Positions 28,753 to 39,509 are shown, numbered from the stretch's first letter. The stretch is 64,000 bases of DNA from Cyanobacteria bacterium auto_48_18 (GCA_036170915.1 JAVHQC010000036.1:192001-256000); one strand, 5' to 3'. The notes: generated from the sequence alone by a model not told the origin. A program made the numbers and translations.

Positions 28753-30744
28753 TTAGTTGTCGATAGCATCAGCTTCTTTAATCAAAATCGCAGCCTCGGC
28801 TTTCTTGCCGATTTGCGTGTGATAATCGGCATAACTACGCAGGCAGAGTTCAAGTATTTCGTGCGGTGCTTTGCATTTACGTGCAATTTCAAGAGCCTGC
28901 GAAAGTTCTGCTCCAGCTTTAGTAACTTGATTGCGATCAATATCAAATTGACCCAGTTTAGCCAGAGCACGAGCATATAGCTCTGGGCGGCGATCAGCCT
29001 TGTTTTTATATACAGCCACTGCGTCGGCCAGAAGCGGCCGCACCCTTTCATACTTGCGCTGTGCTTGCAGACAATCGGCCAGCTGTGTGGCAATTTCCGC
29101 CGTCTGCACAGAATCATTGCCGAGACGCTTTCTTGCTACTTCTAGAGCTTTTGATAAAAGTAGTTCTTCTCTCTCATAAAGATTCTGCCCATGCAGTTTC
29201 TTTGACACTGAAAGCAACATCGGCACTTGCGCCTCCGCTTTCAATTGTGAACTACCATCGGTGTTAGCACTCAGCGGTGTCTTTTCCAGCTTCTCAATCA
29301 GCTCAAGCAAATTATCAGCTTCATGAGTGACCCGATCGTTTTCGATTTGCCTGATTTCGCTGTTGGTTTTTGACAGCGCTTCAGCATGGCCATCCCAGTG
29401 CTCGTACAGTTCACTTTTTCTGTCGAGAACCAGATTCAGACGAACTTTATGATCTCCAAACTGCCGTGCCATCTCCTCAGCTTGATTGAGTTTTTGCTCG
29501 GCCAGAGCGTAGTTTTTGTCTTTCAGTGCGCTGTCACCGTCAGCTAGAGTCAACTGCCAGAGCATCTTTTTCAGTGGCGTTCCTCGATCGTCCGGAGGGC
29601 CAGGCCACATTGATATAAATCCAACAATTCCTACCAATAAAGTCAGGGTCAGGCCGGCCAGGACCCATGGAGCTGTGTGCTTAGCAGTTGCCTGAGCCGA
29701 CTTTACTGCCGGCCGCGCCGCACTGATACTCGAGATATGAGTACGGCTCGAGCCCAATAAAGCAGTGGTGATATAGACAAGAGTGTCGCGCAGTTCGCTC
29801 ACACTACTGAAGCGCGCCGAAGGATCTTTGGCCATGCACTTAGCAATAATGTTTTCCAATTCATCAGGCACTTTTGCATCTGGTGCGGACACGTTAATGG
29901 GCTTGGCCACCTCACCCACGTGCATGTTCATAGTTTCCAGAAAACCGCCGCCCACAAAAGGCGGCTCTCCAGCCAGAGTCTCATACATCAAACAGCCAAG
30001 GGCATAAATGTCTGAGCGAGCGTCAAGTTCTTTTCCAAGACATTGCTCTGGGCTCATATAAATTGGGCTGCCAAAAACTTCGCCGGTCTTTGTTAATTGC
30101 TGTTGCTCTTTGCCGGGCTGCGACATTATTTTGGCGATACCAAAATCTACCAGTCGTACCAGCTCTGAACCATCATCTTGTTTAGTTACGACAACGTTGG
30201 CCGGTTTCAAGTCGCGGTGAATAATTCCTCTTTTGTGCGCCGCTTCCAGGCCGTCACAAATTTGTTTAAAGAGTGATAGAGCACGGTCAAACGGAATGCG
30301 ACCCTTGCGATCAATCATATCTTTGAGGCTTTCGCCTTCAAGACAATCCATAACAAAGAATGGCTCGCCGTCTGGTGTGACGCCAAAGTCATAAACAGTA
30401 ATGACGTTCTGGTGGCTAAGTGAGCTGGCGGCTTGAGCTTCAAGTTTAAATCTTTCCAGTGCCACCACATCTTGCTTCAAAACATTGTGCAGCATTTTAA
30501 TGGCCACAGTTCTGTCCATTAACTTATGCTTGGCTTTATAGACCACACTCATGCCGCCCAGTCCTAGAACTGATTCAATCAAATAGCGCTCAGCAAAAAC
30601 TTTGCCTATCCACGGATCATTCTTCGGGCCGCGCAAAACAGTCTGATCTTGCGGGCAATTTTCAATAAAACCTTCGTACTGTTGGAAGCACTGCGGACAA
30701 TACTTTTTCTCAATAGTGACTTTCTGCGTACTTGAATCGTCCAT
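28753..30744 (-). CDS. Hanks-type Ser/Thr kinase with zinc ribbon, TM helix and TPR-like C-terminus
   Basis: CPQC...CPQD, GLGGMS, VAIK, HRDLKPAN, DFG, GSPIYMSPE. Confidence 0.95.
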   Translation of the reverse strand: MDDSSTQKVTIEKKYCPQCFQQYEGFIENCPQDQTVLRGPKNDPWIGKVFAERYLIESVLGLGGMSVVYKAKHKLMDRTVAIKMLHNVLKQDVVALERFKLEAQAASSLSHQNVITVYDFGVTPDGEPFFVMDCLEGESLKDMIDRKGRIPFDRALSLFKQICDGLEAAHKRGIIHRDLKPANVVVTKQDDGSELVRLVDFGIAKIMSQPGKEQQQLTKTGEVFGSPIYMSPEQCLGKELDARSDIYALGCLMYETLAGEPPFVGGGFLETMNMHVGEVAKPINVSAPDAKVPDELENIIAKCMAKDPSARFSSVSELRDTLVYITTALLGSSRTHISSISAARPAVKSAQATAKHTAPWVLAGLTLTLLVGIVGFISMWPGPPDDRGTPLKKMLWQLTLADGDSALKDKNYALAEQKLNQAEEMARQFGDHKVRLNLVLDRKSELYEHWDGHAEALSKTNSEIRQIENDRVTHEADNLLELIEKLEKTPLSANTDGSSQLKAEAQVPMLLSVSKKLHGQNLYEREELLLSKALEVARKRLGNDSVQTAEIATQLADCLQAQRKYERVRPLLADAVAVYKNKADRRPELYARALAKLGQFDIDRNQVTKAGAELSQALEIARKCKAPHEILELCLRSYADYHTQIGKKAEAAILIKEADAIDN

Positions 30745-30821
30745 GCCAATGCAAACCTGATCTTTGTCTAACCGATAAGTGTATTATATGTCAGCTTTTC
30801 AACAAACAGGCGGTATAAAAG

Positions 30822-31928
30822 ATGGGTCGTTTTAATGATCTCTGGGCCTCCGGCAAGTTTGCTATGCAAAGAAACAAAGAGGCAGACGCATCACGTCTGC
30901 GAGAGGCTGCAGAGCGAGCATCAGAGCTTTCTCCAGAGCTTGCCGTGCCTGATAGCTCAAAGGCGATATTCGACGCGCTTAAGGCCAAGCGCGGACAGGA
31001 GACAGGCCGTTGGCTTAACGGGCTGTTACCTGCCAATGTTGAAAAACCTATGGAAACTCAGGCTGCCAGCACCACGGCTTTTGAAGAGGTGACCGCCTGG
31101 ATTGACAAGCTGGGTGCTCAATTTGACGAGTTGACCTATGAGTTTAATAAAAAAGCCATTGGCACAAACCTCTATGTCTCTTGCGAGAAACCAAGGCTTT
31201 TTGAGAAAAGAAATGACGACGTCTGGTATAGACCGGTAGAAAAAAGCTACAAAGGCCGGCTAACTACTCGCGACTGGGCCATGATTGTGCGCGGACAAGA
31301 ACACAAAATTAGCGTTTTTGTTATTCCCGCAGAAATGGTAATGGCTTTTGATACTGATACTATTGGTGAGGACGAAATGCCACCATTGATGGAAATTGCC
31401 CGCACCACAGATGGTGCAAATTCTGTCTGGAAAATTGGCGGCGAAGTTGTACCAATTGAAACCATGCCTCATCTAGCTAAAGAACTTTTTGGCGATTTGA
31501 TTCGTCTCTCGAGCGGCGTTATGAGCGAAGCTGAGCTCATGGGCCACCACGAAGCCACCCTATCGCTAGGTGAAAATATAGCAGTAGGCTATCAGCCAGA
31601 AGTGAAACCAGTGGCAACGCCGGCAGCGAGTGTTCAAGCGCAACAAAATTCGTCTTCAGACGCTGGTGATAATGCGCCTGATCAGGTAATTTCTAAAGCT
31701 TGCGATATTGTCGACGAAATTCTTGATCAAGAACTAAAGCAGCTCTATGCTACAGCTTCGCAATATAAACCTGGAACGCCCGAATCAAGCGCCATTCGCC
31801 GCAAAATTTCGGCTACTGAAACCTTCCATAATAAAATTATTGATGCTTTTAAAGAATATACTCATGCCATTTTAATCAGCCAATCAAAAGCTGACGTAGG
31901 CAATTTAGAACCTGAACTGAGTAAATAA
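30822..31928 (+). CDS. Hypothetical protein (paralog of 23567-24232)
   Basis: 368-aa ORF divergent from the kinase gene. Confidence 0.78.
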   Translation: MGRFNDLWASGKFAMQRNKEADASRLREAAERASELSPELAVPDSSKAIFDALKAKRGQETGRWLNGLLPANVEKPMETQAASTTAFEEVTAWIDKLGAQFDELTYEFNKKAIGTNLYVSCEKPRLFEKRNDDVWYRPVEKSYKGRLTTRDWAMIVRGQEHKISVFVIPAEMVMAFDTDTIGEDEMPPLMEIARTTDGANSVWKIGGEVVPIETMPHLAKELFGDLIRLSSGVMSEAELMGHHEATLSLGENIAVGYQPEVKPVATPAASVQAQQNSSSDAGDNAPDQVISKACDIVDEILDQELKQLYATASQYKPGTPESSAIRRKISATETFHNKIIDAFKEYTHAILISQSKADVGNLEPELSK

Positions 31929-31943
31929 ACTCATTAAAGTCGA

Positions 31944-32687
31944 CTATTCAGCCAACTTCTCTTTGAGCTCTTTTTCGGCTTCCAATCTGTGTGGCTCGGC
32001 TTTAACTGCCGTATGCATACCAACCAGTCGCGCCACCATGATTGCCAGATAAAGCTGACCGCTCATGGCCTCTAAACATGAAAGTGCACGTGCCAGGCGG
32101 CTTATGGGAATGATATCGCCATAAGCAACAGTGGAAAGAGTGCAGAAACTAAAATATATCAGCAACGGATAGCGGTCATGCCTCTCTCTACCTGAATCAT
32201 AGCCTTTGACATTATCACGATAAGAATGAGGATCGTGTATTGCCACCATCATGTGAATCATGGCAAAACAAAAGCCAATCAACACATAAACACAGGCACC
32301 ACCACAGATGCGATTAGAATTGATCACACCGGTCAAAATATCGAGCACCATTATGCGTGCGATGCGCATAAAAAATAAAAGAATCATCGACAAAGACAAA
32401 ATCTGAAACACCGGCCATTTGAAAGGCACCATGTTGCTGCAAAAAGCCAGGGTCCAACCTACTGTTGCCAGCACGGCGAGACTGATTGAAAGCAAATCGA
32501 GTTTTTCTTCAGTGCGTACCGAAAGTGCTGCTTGCAGCAAAACAGACATGAGCAGTATGCCAATTAAAATATGCGACCAGACCGTGTGATCAACCAGCGG
32601 TGCCACAAACGAAAGCACAATCACGCTTACGAGCAAGGCGTAATAGTGCCTGGGAGTACGCTTTTTAACTGTTACAGGCGACTCCAA
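31944..32687 (-). CDS. Ion channel family protein (Ion_trans_2 pore)
   Basis: Several TM helices, YFSFCTLSTVAYGDI.P, GQLYLAIMVARLV. Confidence 0.88.
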   Translation of the reverse strand: MESPVTVKKRTPRHYYALLVSVIVLSFVAPLVDHTVWSHILIGILLMSVLLQAALSVRTEEKLDLLSISLAVLATVGWTLAFCSNMVPFKWPVFQILSLSMILLFFMRIARIMVLDILTGVINSNRICGGACVYVLIGFCFAMIHMMVAIHDPHSYRDNVKGYDSGRERHDRYPLLIYFSFCTLSTVAYGDIIPISRLARALSCLEAMSGQLYLAIMVARLVGMHTAVKAEPHRLEAEKELKEKLAE

Positions 32688-32688
32688 T

Positions 32689-34449
32689 CTATTTGATAGC
32701 CTGGCTAATGGCGTCAGATAGCTGTTTTAGCCCGGTTTCAAGATTGCCAGTGATGTGGGCTCTCAGGGCGCGGCGTTTGCGGCTGACCAGCACATCAAAA
32801 TCACCTCGCGCTTGGGCAGCTTTAACGATACCAAAGCTATATTTTTGCCCTGGCACCGCCAGATCTTGCTCATCGTCACAAGTAACTTGCAGCACTACAC
32901 CAGTGTCTGGGCCACCTTTATAAGCCTGGCCGGTGGAGTGTAAAAAGCGCGGTCCAAAACCAAGGCAAGTGGCAACATGTTTTTTGTCTCGCACCGACAA
33001 ACGAATCTGCTGAGCAATCTCAACGTGGGCTTGATTCATTTCAATATAATTGAGAAGAGCAAAATAATCGCCTTTGCTCAATCGGGCCAAATGCGCCTTA
33101 AGCAAACCCATAAGAGTGTCAGTGGCGGCAGACTTTTTCAAAGCATCAATATTGGTTTGATCGCTGAATAGTTTGACTTGACCTTCTTCAAAAAATGCTT
33201 TCTCAGCAGGCAAGCTCCCGCTAACTTCATATTCATCAGTCAACTCGCGAGTTTTGATTTTGCTTGCTTCTACATCAGGTTGATCAAATGGGTTAATTTC
33301 CATCACTGCTCCAGCAACAGCAGTAGCTATTTCGAAGCGGAAAAATTCACGAGCGAGATTGATTTTATCGCTCAGGGTAATGCAAACCACCGGGTGCCCT
33401 TTAGCCTCCAGAGCTTGTAGTCTCTCTTCGATAGCAGCATTATCAAGGCCGTTAAAAGCGCCTTTATCACCTTCCAATTTAATAAATACAAAGAGCCTAT
33501 CGTCACCATAGACACCAGTGTCGGTGCTTAGAGTTTCCAGATCAACAGGTATAATCGCCTTGCCTTGTTTACCAGTAGATTCAGCCACGAGTTGCTCTAG
33601 CCAGGCACCAAAATCGTGAATGGCTGGCGAAGTGACAATTGTTAATTTGTTGCGACCAGCCCTGGCTGCCGCTCCCATAATGGCACCAAGCACCAAACCG
33701 GGATTTTCGCCATCATTAGACTGGCACTGTTCTGTCATCTCCTGAGCTTCTGCCAGGAAAGTCTTTAAATCTAAACCAATTAGAGCGGCAGGCACGATAC
33801 CAAATGGCGACAGAGCTGAATAGCGGCCGCCAATACCAGGGTAGCCAAGAAAGACGCGGCGGAAATTTTCACTTTTTGCTACTGCTGCCAATTTCGAATT
33901 GGGGTCGGTTATGGCAACAAAATGTGAGCCAGCCTTGTCTTCGCCCACTGTCTGCTTGACCATGGCAAGAAAATGAGCCATATAAATATTCGGTTCAAGG
34001 GTGCTGCCCGATTTGCTTGATACCACAAACAAAGTTTTCTTTGCGTCCACAGTGGCATCAAGATTTCTGATTTGCTGCGGGTCAGTAGAGTCGAGAATGC
34101 GCAGGCGCGGATAACCGGGTTGCGAACCGTATGTTACGGCGAAGACTTCAGGAGCCAGACTGGAGCCGCCCATGCCAAGTAATAGCACATCAGTAAAACC
34201 AGCATCTCTTACTTCACGGGCAAAAGCCTCGTAATCAGCCAGCGCTTTTTGCTGGTCAGCTACAACGTTGAGCCACTCCAACCATTTAGCCTCATCTTTG
34301 TTGGTCCACAAGGAAGCGTCTTTTTGCCAGATCTTCTGCACTTTGTTGCTGCTGGTCCAGTCAGACAAAATTTCAGTAACTGCTGTTGCCAGAGCGGCAG
34401 GCAATTTGCGCGAAAGAGCATTAATCGGACTGCTGCTTGTGGTATTCAT
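32689..34449 (-). CDS. pgi: Glucose-6-phosphate isomerase (type found in TAL/PGI fusions, here without the TAL domain)
   Basis: LGMGGSSL, SSKSGST, GGRYSALS, EQLVAESTGK, NPFDQPDVE, GPRFLHSTGQ. Confidence 0.88.
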   Translation of the reverse strand: MNTTSSSPINALSRKLPAALATAVTEILSDWTSSNKVQKIWQKDASLWTNKDEAKWLEWLNVVADQQKALADYEAFAREVRDAGFTDVLLLGMGGSSLAPEVFAVTYGSQPGYPRLRILDSTDPQQIRNLDATVDAKKTLFVVSSKSGSTLEPNIYMAHFLAMVKQTVGEDKAGSHFVAITDPNSKLAAVAKSENFRRVFLGYPGIGGRYSALSPFGIVPAALIGLDLKTFLAEAQEMTEQCQSNDGENPGLVLGAIMGAAARAGRNKLTIVTSPAIHDFGAWLEQLVAESTGKQGKAIIPVDLETLSTDTGVYGDDRLFVFIKLEGDKGAFNGLDNAAIEERLQALEAKGHPVVCITLSDKINLAREFFRFEIATAVAGAVMEINPFDQPDVEASKIKTRELTDEYEVSGSLPAEKAFFEEGQVKLFSDQTNIDALKKSAATDTLMGLLKAHLARLSKGDYFALLNYIEMNQAHVEIAQQIRLSVRDKKHVATCLGFGPRFLHSTGQAYKGGPDTGVVLQVTCDDEQDLAVPGQKYSFGIVKAAQARGDFDVLVSRKRRALRAHITGNLETGLKQLSDAISQAIK

Positions 34450-34772
34450 CTTGATTACTAATCCTTATTTACATTCTCTAAACTGGTAACTAACCATTTT
34501 AATAGCTGCCCATTTTAATGGCTGCCCATCCGATGGGCGAAAAAGGTGCCTTTTTTTGTAAGGTATTGCGAAACGATATCAGATTGACGACTATTCACCT
34601 TTAACAGTTGACGCTTAGTGCAGATGTAGTAGCCTAAGGCACTAACCCTCGATAATCACGAACAATCTGGAACAATCAGCAACCGACACTGATAAAATGC
34701 ACATGTCAAGCAAGCACAAGCCGCTGATCGGGTAGCGTCAAACGGAATCCACATGCCCAGGTATAAATTTCA

Positions 34773-36692
34773 GTGAACCAGTCTGAGCCCAACCAGGCAG
34801 CTCAAGGCGCACCAGCACCAATTAAGCCAATAACAGACCATCACCACCACGGCGACGCCTTATTGGCATGGTGGTTAGCCGCTGCGATCGTGGGCGCCGA
34901 TATAGGCACATCTGTCTTTTACACCACCGGCGTTATTCTGCCCCTGGTAGGTTTTGCCGCTCCGTTTATCATTCTTGCCGTCTGCGGCATGATGTGGATT
35001 TTCAAAGCCACATACGAGGAAGGCTGCGCTGTTAGCCCGTTTAACGGCGGCGCATACATCATGGTGCTGCAGACCGTGGGCAAACGCTTTGCCATTGTGG
35101 TGGGAGCACTGACCATACTTTCTTACCTGGCCACCGCTGCCGTGAGCGCGCTTTCCGGAGCGTTCTACATAGATTCAATAGACAATATTATGAACTGGCC
35201 GGTCTCTAATATTGTCGTAGTGGCAATTTTACCGGTGATTATTTTTGGTCTGCTCAATATAATCGGCATCAAAGAGCCTGCAATGATTGTGTTTTTCATT
35301 GCTATGTTTCACTTTGGTCTGTTGCTTTATCTTGACGTCAAAGGCATGATTATGGCCTATGAACGTCATATTGATTTGACCAAATTTTCGCACTGTCTTA
35401 CCGCTGTCACCCCAGCACATTTCGTCCATGGTTTTGCCGCTGCTTTTCTCGGTATTACAGGTTTTGAATCAGCGGCGCAAATTGTGGAACAGTTAAAAAC
35501 TCCCACATGGAAAACACTCAAATATATTTACCTGTCTGTTGTTCTATTAGTTGGCATCACCGCACCAATCACTTCGTTTTTGTGCCTTGGTCTTTTGGAC
35601 GAAAGCCAACTAAGTACTTACAAGAACAGTTTGCTTTCAGGGTTGGCATTTGTAGAAGGTGGTAAGCCACTACTGATAGTGCTGGTAATTGACGCAGCAT
35701 TAATGCTTTTTGCCGCAGTCAATACGGCCTATGTAGGCTGCATCGGCCTCTGTACCACCATGGCCAAGCAAGGCAATCTGCCGGCTTTCTTCTTGCGTCG
35801 GTGGGCCCACAGATTCCCTATGATGCATGGTTACCCCTATGTGTGCCTAATGTTCATGGCCGTTTGCTGTTTGATGATTGTGCTGCTGCCCGGGCAGGTA
35901 GACAATCTTGGTCAGGTTTACGGAATGGCGTTTCTCGCTGTCATGGCATCATTTTGCTTTGGTGTACTTATGCTACGCATAAGAATGCCGCTAAAAGTCG
36001 AACGGGCACCGTATAAAACTAAATACACTTTCCCTTGGGGCAACTACAAATTACCAATACCACCGGCCATCGGTTTGGTCACATTGCTCTTCTGCGAAAT
36101 CGTACTGCTGTTCTCAGCTGAGGGAGCACGAGGCCTCGGTTTTCAGATTCTTGGCGTAATTTTGATAGTGATGTGTTTCTATCGCATGGGCGTACTTGAA
36201 GGCAGATTGCGTGAGCTGCCTGACCTCAGGTTAGGCATGGGAAAATTTGCCAATATGGAAGAAGTTCCAGAAAATCTGCCCATATTTGTATTGTGTACAG
36301 GTGGTGCAAAAGCCAGAAGCTTAGCTACTATGTTGATTAAATTGCTTGAGCGGGAAGAACCAGGCCCCAAGGAAATAATCATTTTCCATGCTGAAGAAGA
36401 GTCGGCTCGTCGCGGCATGATGCATGAACTATTGCAGAGAGTGGTATCACAACAGATCGGTCCAAGTTTCAAAAATCACGACATCGTGCTGACCACAAAA
36501 ATACTGCCGGACACTTTAGTTGACGGTTTGATCTATTTGAAGAAAGCACACCCATTCCAGAAGGTGTTTATCGGCACTGGCACCGACCCCGAATTAGCGG
36601 AGCGGTATGCTCGAGACCTGGAGAGTAATTTAGGCGTCCCTGTGGAAAATATTGGCAGACCCACACTGATAGACACTAAAGTTACGAGATAA
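34773..36692 (+). CDS. APC family permease with a C-terminal soluble domain
   Basis: ~12 TM segments, GADIGTSVFY, NGGAY, GITGFES. Confidence 0.88.
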   Translation: MNQSEPNQAAQGAPAPIKPITDHHHHGDALLAWWLAAAIVGADIGTSVFYTTGVILPLVGFAAPFIILAVCGMMWIFKATYEEGCAVSPFNGGAYIMVLQTVGKRFAIVVGALTILSYLATAAVSALSGAFYIDSIDNIMNWPVSNIVVVAILPVIIFGLLNIIGIKEPAMIVFFIAMFHFGLLLYLDVKGMIMAYERHIDLTKFSHCLTAVTPAHFVHGFAAAFLGITGFESAAQIVEQLKTPTWKTLKYIYLSVVLLVGITAPITSFLCLGLLDESQLSTYKNSLLSGLAFVEGGKPLLIVLVIDAALMLFAAVNTAYVGCIGLCTTMAKQGNLPAFFLRRWAHRFPMMHGYPYVCLMFMAVCCLMIVLLPGQVDNLGQVYGMAFLAVMASFCFGVLMLRIRMPLKVERAPYKTKYTFPWGNYKLPIPPAIGLVTLLFCEIVLLFSAEGARGLGFQILGVILIVMCFYRMGVLEGRLRELPDLRLGMGKFANMEEVPENLPIFVLCTGGAKARSLATMLIKLLEREEPGPKEIIIFHAEEESARRGMMHELLQRVVSQQIGPSFKNHDIVLTTKILPDTLVDGLIYLKKAHPFQKVFIGTGTDPELAERYARDLESNLGVPVENIGRPTLIDTKVTR

Positions 36693-36698
36693 ACCTGC

Positions 36699-39509
36699 AT
36701 GCAGCGATTTGAACAAGACGATGAAACGAGGACCATAACATTCCCCTCAGATAAATCGCTTGGTTTGCTTTTTCTTATTGTCAGGTCAGGAAATCAAAGC
36801 GGTTGGTGGGAAGAGAAACTAGGCGAGGCCCGAGGCCGCGTCAGTGTGCCTGCTTTAGCTAATGTGCATCTCTTGGTAGACGCTAAAGCCGAGCTGGCGA
36901 ATTTGCGCCAGTTGAATAGCAATGATTTGCAGTCTATGGATTTTCGTCAAGTTGAGATTACCGATTCTGATCTGGAGCATCTGGCTCACCTTACAGGTTT
37001 GCGCTACTTGACTTTACCTGAACGTAATATCACCGATGGTGGCCTCGCTTCTTTGCGCAATTTGCTATTTTTAAATATTCTCGATCTGGGTGGCACTAAA
37101 GTCACTGACTTTGGGCTGGTTAGACTGCAACACCTCACAGACCTGCACAAGCTTTATTTAGACTCCACACTGGTCACGGGAGAAGGTGCTGCTGAACTTA
37201 ATGCCAAACTTACCCGTTGCCACATTGTGCTTCATGGTGGCCGAGTTCTGGCTTTTCCATTTGAATGTTCGCCAGGAAGATTGTGGTTGGCCAAGGCTGA
37301 TAGCAGTGGCCAGCGCAACTGGGAAGAACTTGGTATAGCTAGAGGCAGCATTGAAGTTTCAAGACGGGCTTTTATTCGGCTCGAAGTGCTGGACCGTGAA
37401 GCACTGAAAGAGTGTAATCGCTTAAAACCAGACGATATTCAATCTCTCGATTATCTATTTCCTGAAATGATGGAAAAAGATTGGGACTGCGTCAATCGCA
37501 TTGCCGGCTTGCGGGAGCTTCGACTTGGTGGTGTGGAACTGACTAAGAACAGTCTGCGCGCACTAGTTAATTTACAGCGCCTGCGCACGTTCCAACTAAC
37601 TTCATGCCAGATCGCCGAGCAGGCTTTGAAGCCTATTCAAAAATTGAACTCGTTAAAGGAACTGCGCATTTCACATTGCCAGTTCGACGACGTCAAACTG
37701 GGTGAATTACTCTCTCACACTACTGCAAGAAAACTTTTGCTGGAAGGTGCTCACATAGATGACGCCCTGCTCGGCACAATAAATAAAGTCACCGACTTCG
37801 AAGAACTCTACATCGTATTTTCAGCAGCAACCGACGAAGGGCTGAGCTGCTTGCGCTATTTTCCTCAACTAACAACTTTGGTTTTGCGTGTCGATGCATT
37901 GACCGAAGCGGGGCTAAAACATGTAGCTGAACTAAGGCAGTTAACGCGCCTGGTCATTCGAGCTGATGACGTAGCAGAAACATTCTTCCATTCCCTGGTT
38001 GATTTGAAGCAGTTAGAAGAATTATCAATCAGGCAAGTAGATTTGCGTGGTGATGGGCTAGCCAGCCTGGCGGAGCTTACCAGCTTGAAGCGGTTACATA
38101 TAAGCGCCATGAGTGATAGCAGCAAACCAGGCTACAGCGAATATAAAAAACTGGTGAAGCTCATTATCAGTGGCCTTCCTTCGCTTGAAGAATTATCAAT
38201 CCGTTTTGATGGTGCCACCATTGAGCTCAGTGATCTGCCCAGGCTGAAAATTCTTGACGCCAGCAATAACTCGGTAAGCGATAAAGGATTTACGGGAATC
38301 GAGACACTGCAGAACCTGGAGACACTGCATTTAAAAGGCTGCAACCGTATCGGCAACGAGACACTGTCTAAAATCGGCACTCTTCACAAGCTGAAAGAAT
38401 TAGACCTGTCGTTAACCCGCGTTACCAATGAAGGTGTTGGCAAACTTGCTAATTTGCATGATTTGCGTTATCTCAATATTACTTCCACATCAGCCGATAA
38501 TCAGGCCCTCTCTCATCTGCGATTACTTCGCGAACTGCGTTTCATTGAATATCCTAAACCGCTCACAGACACCGATTTAACCTATCTGAGCGAATTGAAT
38601 AAACTGCGCAACGTGCGCCTTGGGCCCGTCACCGATCAAGGTATGGCGGCGCTTACCAAGCTGACATTCATTCGAGAAATTAATTTAGCCAATGCCGATA
38701 TTAGTGACAACACTTTGTCTCACTTACGCAATTTCACGCACCTGAAGACTTTAAACCTGGCCAACACTGCCATCACTGATGGTGGCATGGTTTACATAAG
38801 CAACTATAAAGAGCTCACAACTCTAAATTTGAGTGGTACCGATGTTGGTGACCAGGGCGTAGCAGCGATCACAAATTTAACTGCACTCAAAGCGCTCGAC
38901 TTAGAAAATTGCAAACGCTTGCGAGACAAAGGTGTGGCATTAATTTCATCACTATCGTCTTTGCAGTGGCTTAATTTATCTAACACACGTGTTTCTGACT
39001 CTGGTCTATCAAGCCTTCGTCGCTTGACGCAATTGAACACCTTGCGTCTATCGTTCACCCATTTGACAGATCATGGCCTGAATGTGCTTAAAGACCTGCG
39101 CGAGTTAAAAGTGCTGGATCTGGAAAATCTGGAAATTACGGGCGACGGCTTGCAGAATTTATCTTCATGCCTCAAATTAGCTGATTTAAAATTGTCATCG
39201 AGCAGCATTGTAGACAGCAGTATTCCTTATCTCATGACCTTGCCGGCCCTGGAAGAATTGGATTTAAGAAATACTTTGATTACAGCACTGGCATTAGAAT
39301 CGCTGGCTCAGATGAAATCTTTGAAAAAACTAGTTTTGTTGGGTACCAATATGACTTACCGCGACCTGACCAAGCTGAAAGGCTTAGACGCGCTGGAGAC
39401 CCTGGTTTTCCATGACTTGCAAGTGAGCCGGGGTGACCGTGCCGCCCTCAAGCTTGCCCTGCCTAATACAAAAATTCAGTTGCTCGACCGTGAAGTAAAC
39501 TACATTTAG
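36699..39509 (+). CDS. Large leucine-rich repeat protein
   Basis: Many ~24-aa LxxLxLxxTxIxDxGLxxL repeats; two copies of an N-cap module. Confidence 0.92.
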   Translation: MQRFEQDDETRTITFPSDKSLGLLFLIVRSGNQSGWWEEKLGEARGRVSVPALANVHLLVDAKAELANLRQLNSNDLQSMDFRQVEITDSDLEHLAHLTGLRYLTLPERNITDGGLASLRNLLFLNILDLGGTKVTDFGLVRLQHLTDLHKLYLDSTLVTGEGAAELNAKLTRCHIVLHGGRVLAFPFECSPGRLWLAKADSSGQRNWEELGIARGSIEVSRRAFIRLEVLDREALKECNRLKPDDIQSLDYLFPEMMEKDWDCVNRIAGLRELRLGGVELTKNSLRALVNLQRLRTFQLTSCQIAEQALKPIQKLNSLKELRISHCQFDDVKLGELLSHTTARKLLLEGAHIDDALLGTINKVTDFEELYIVFSAATDEGLSCLRYFPQLTTLVLRVDALTEAGLKHVAELRQLTRLVIRADDVAETFFHSLVDLKQLEELSIRQVDLRGDGLASLAELTSLKRLHISAMSDSSKPGYSEYKKLVKLIISGLPSLEELSIRFDGATIELSDLPRLKILDASNNSVSDKGFTGIETLQNLETLHLKGCNRIGNETLSKIGTLHKLKELDLSLTRVTNEGVGKLANLHDLRYLNITSTSADNQALSHLRLLRELRFIEYPKPLTDTDLTYLSELNKLRNVRLGPVTDQGMAALTKLTFIREINLANADISDNTLSHLRNFTHLKTLNLANTAITDGGMVYISNYKELTTLNLSGTDVGDQGVAAITNLTALKALDLENCKRLRDKGVALISSLSSLQWLNLSNTRVSDSGLSSLRRLTQLNTLRLSFTHLTDHGLNVLKDLRELKVLDLENLEITGDGLQNLSSCLKLADLKLSSSSIVDSSIPYLMTLPALEELDLRNTLITALALESLAQMKSLKKLVLLGTNMTYRDLTKLKGLDALETLVFHDLQVSRGDRAALKLALPNTKIQLLDREVNYI

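Noticed and set aside
34630..34772. c-di-AMP (ydaO) riboswitch upstream of the APC permease
   Set aside because: Conserved GCUGAAUCC / GGGGUGAAU / CAGCUAAC elements not found
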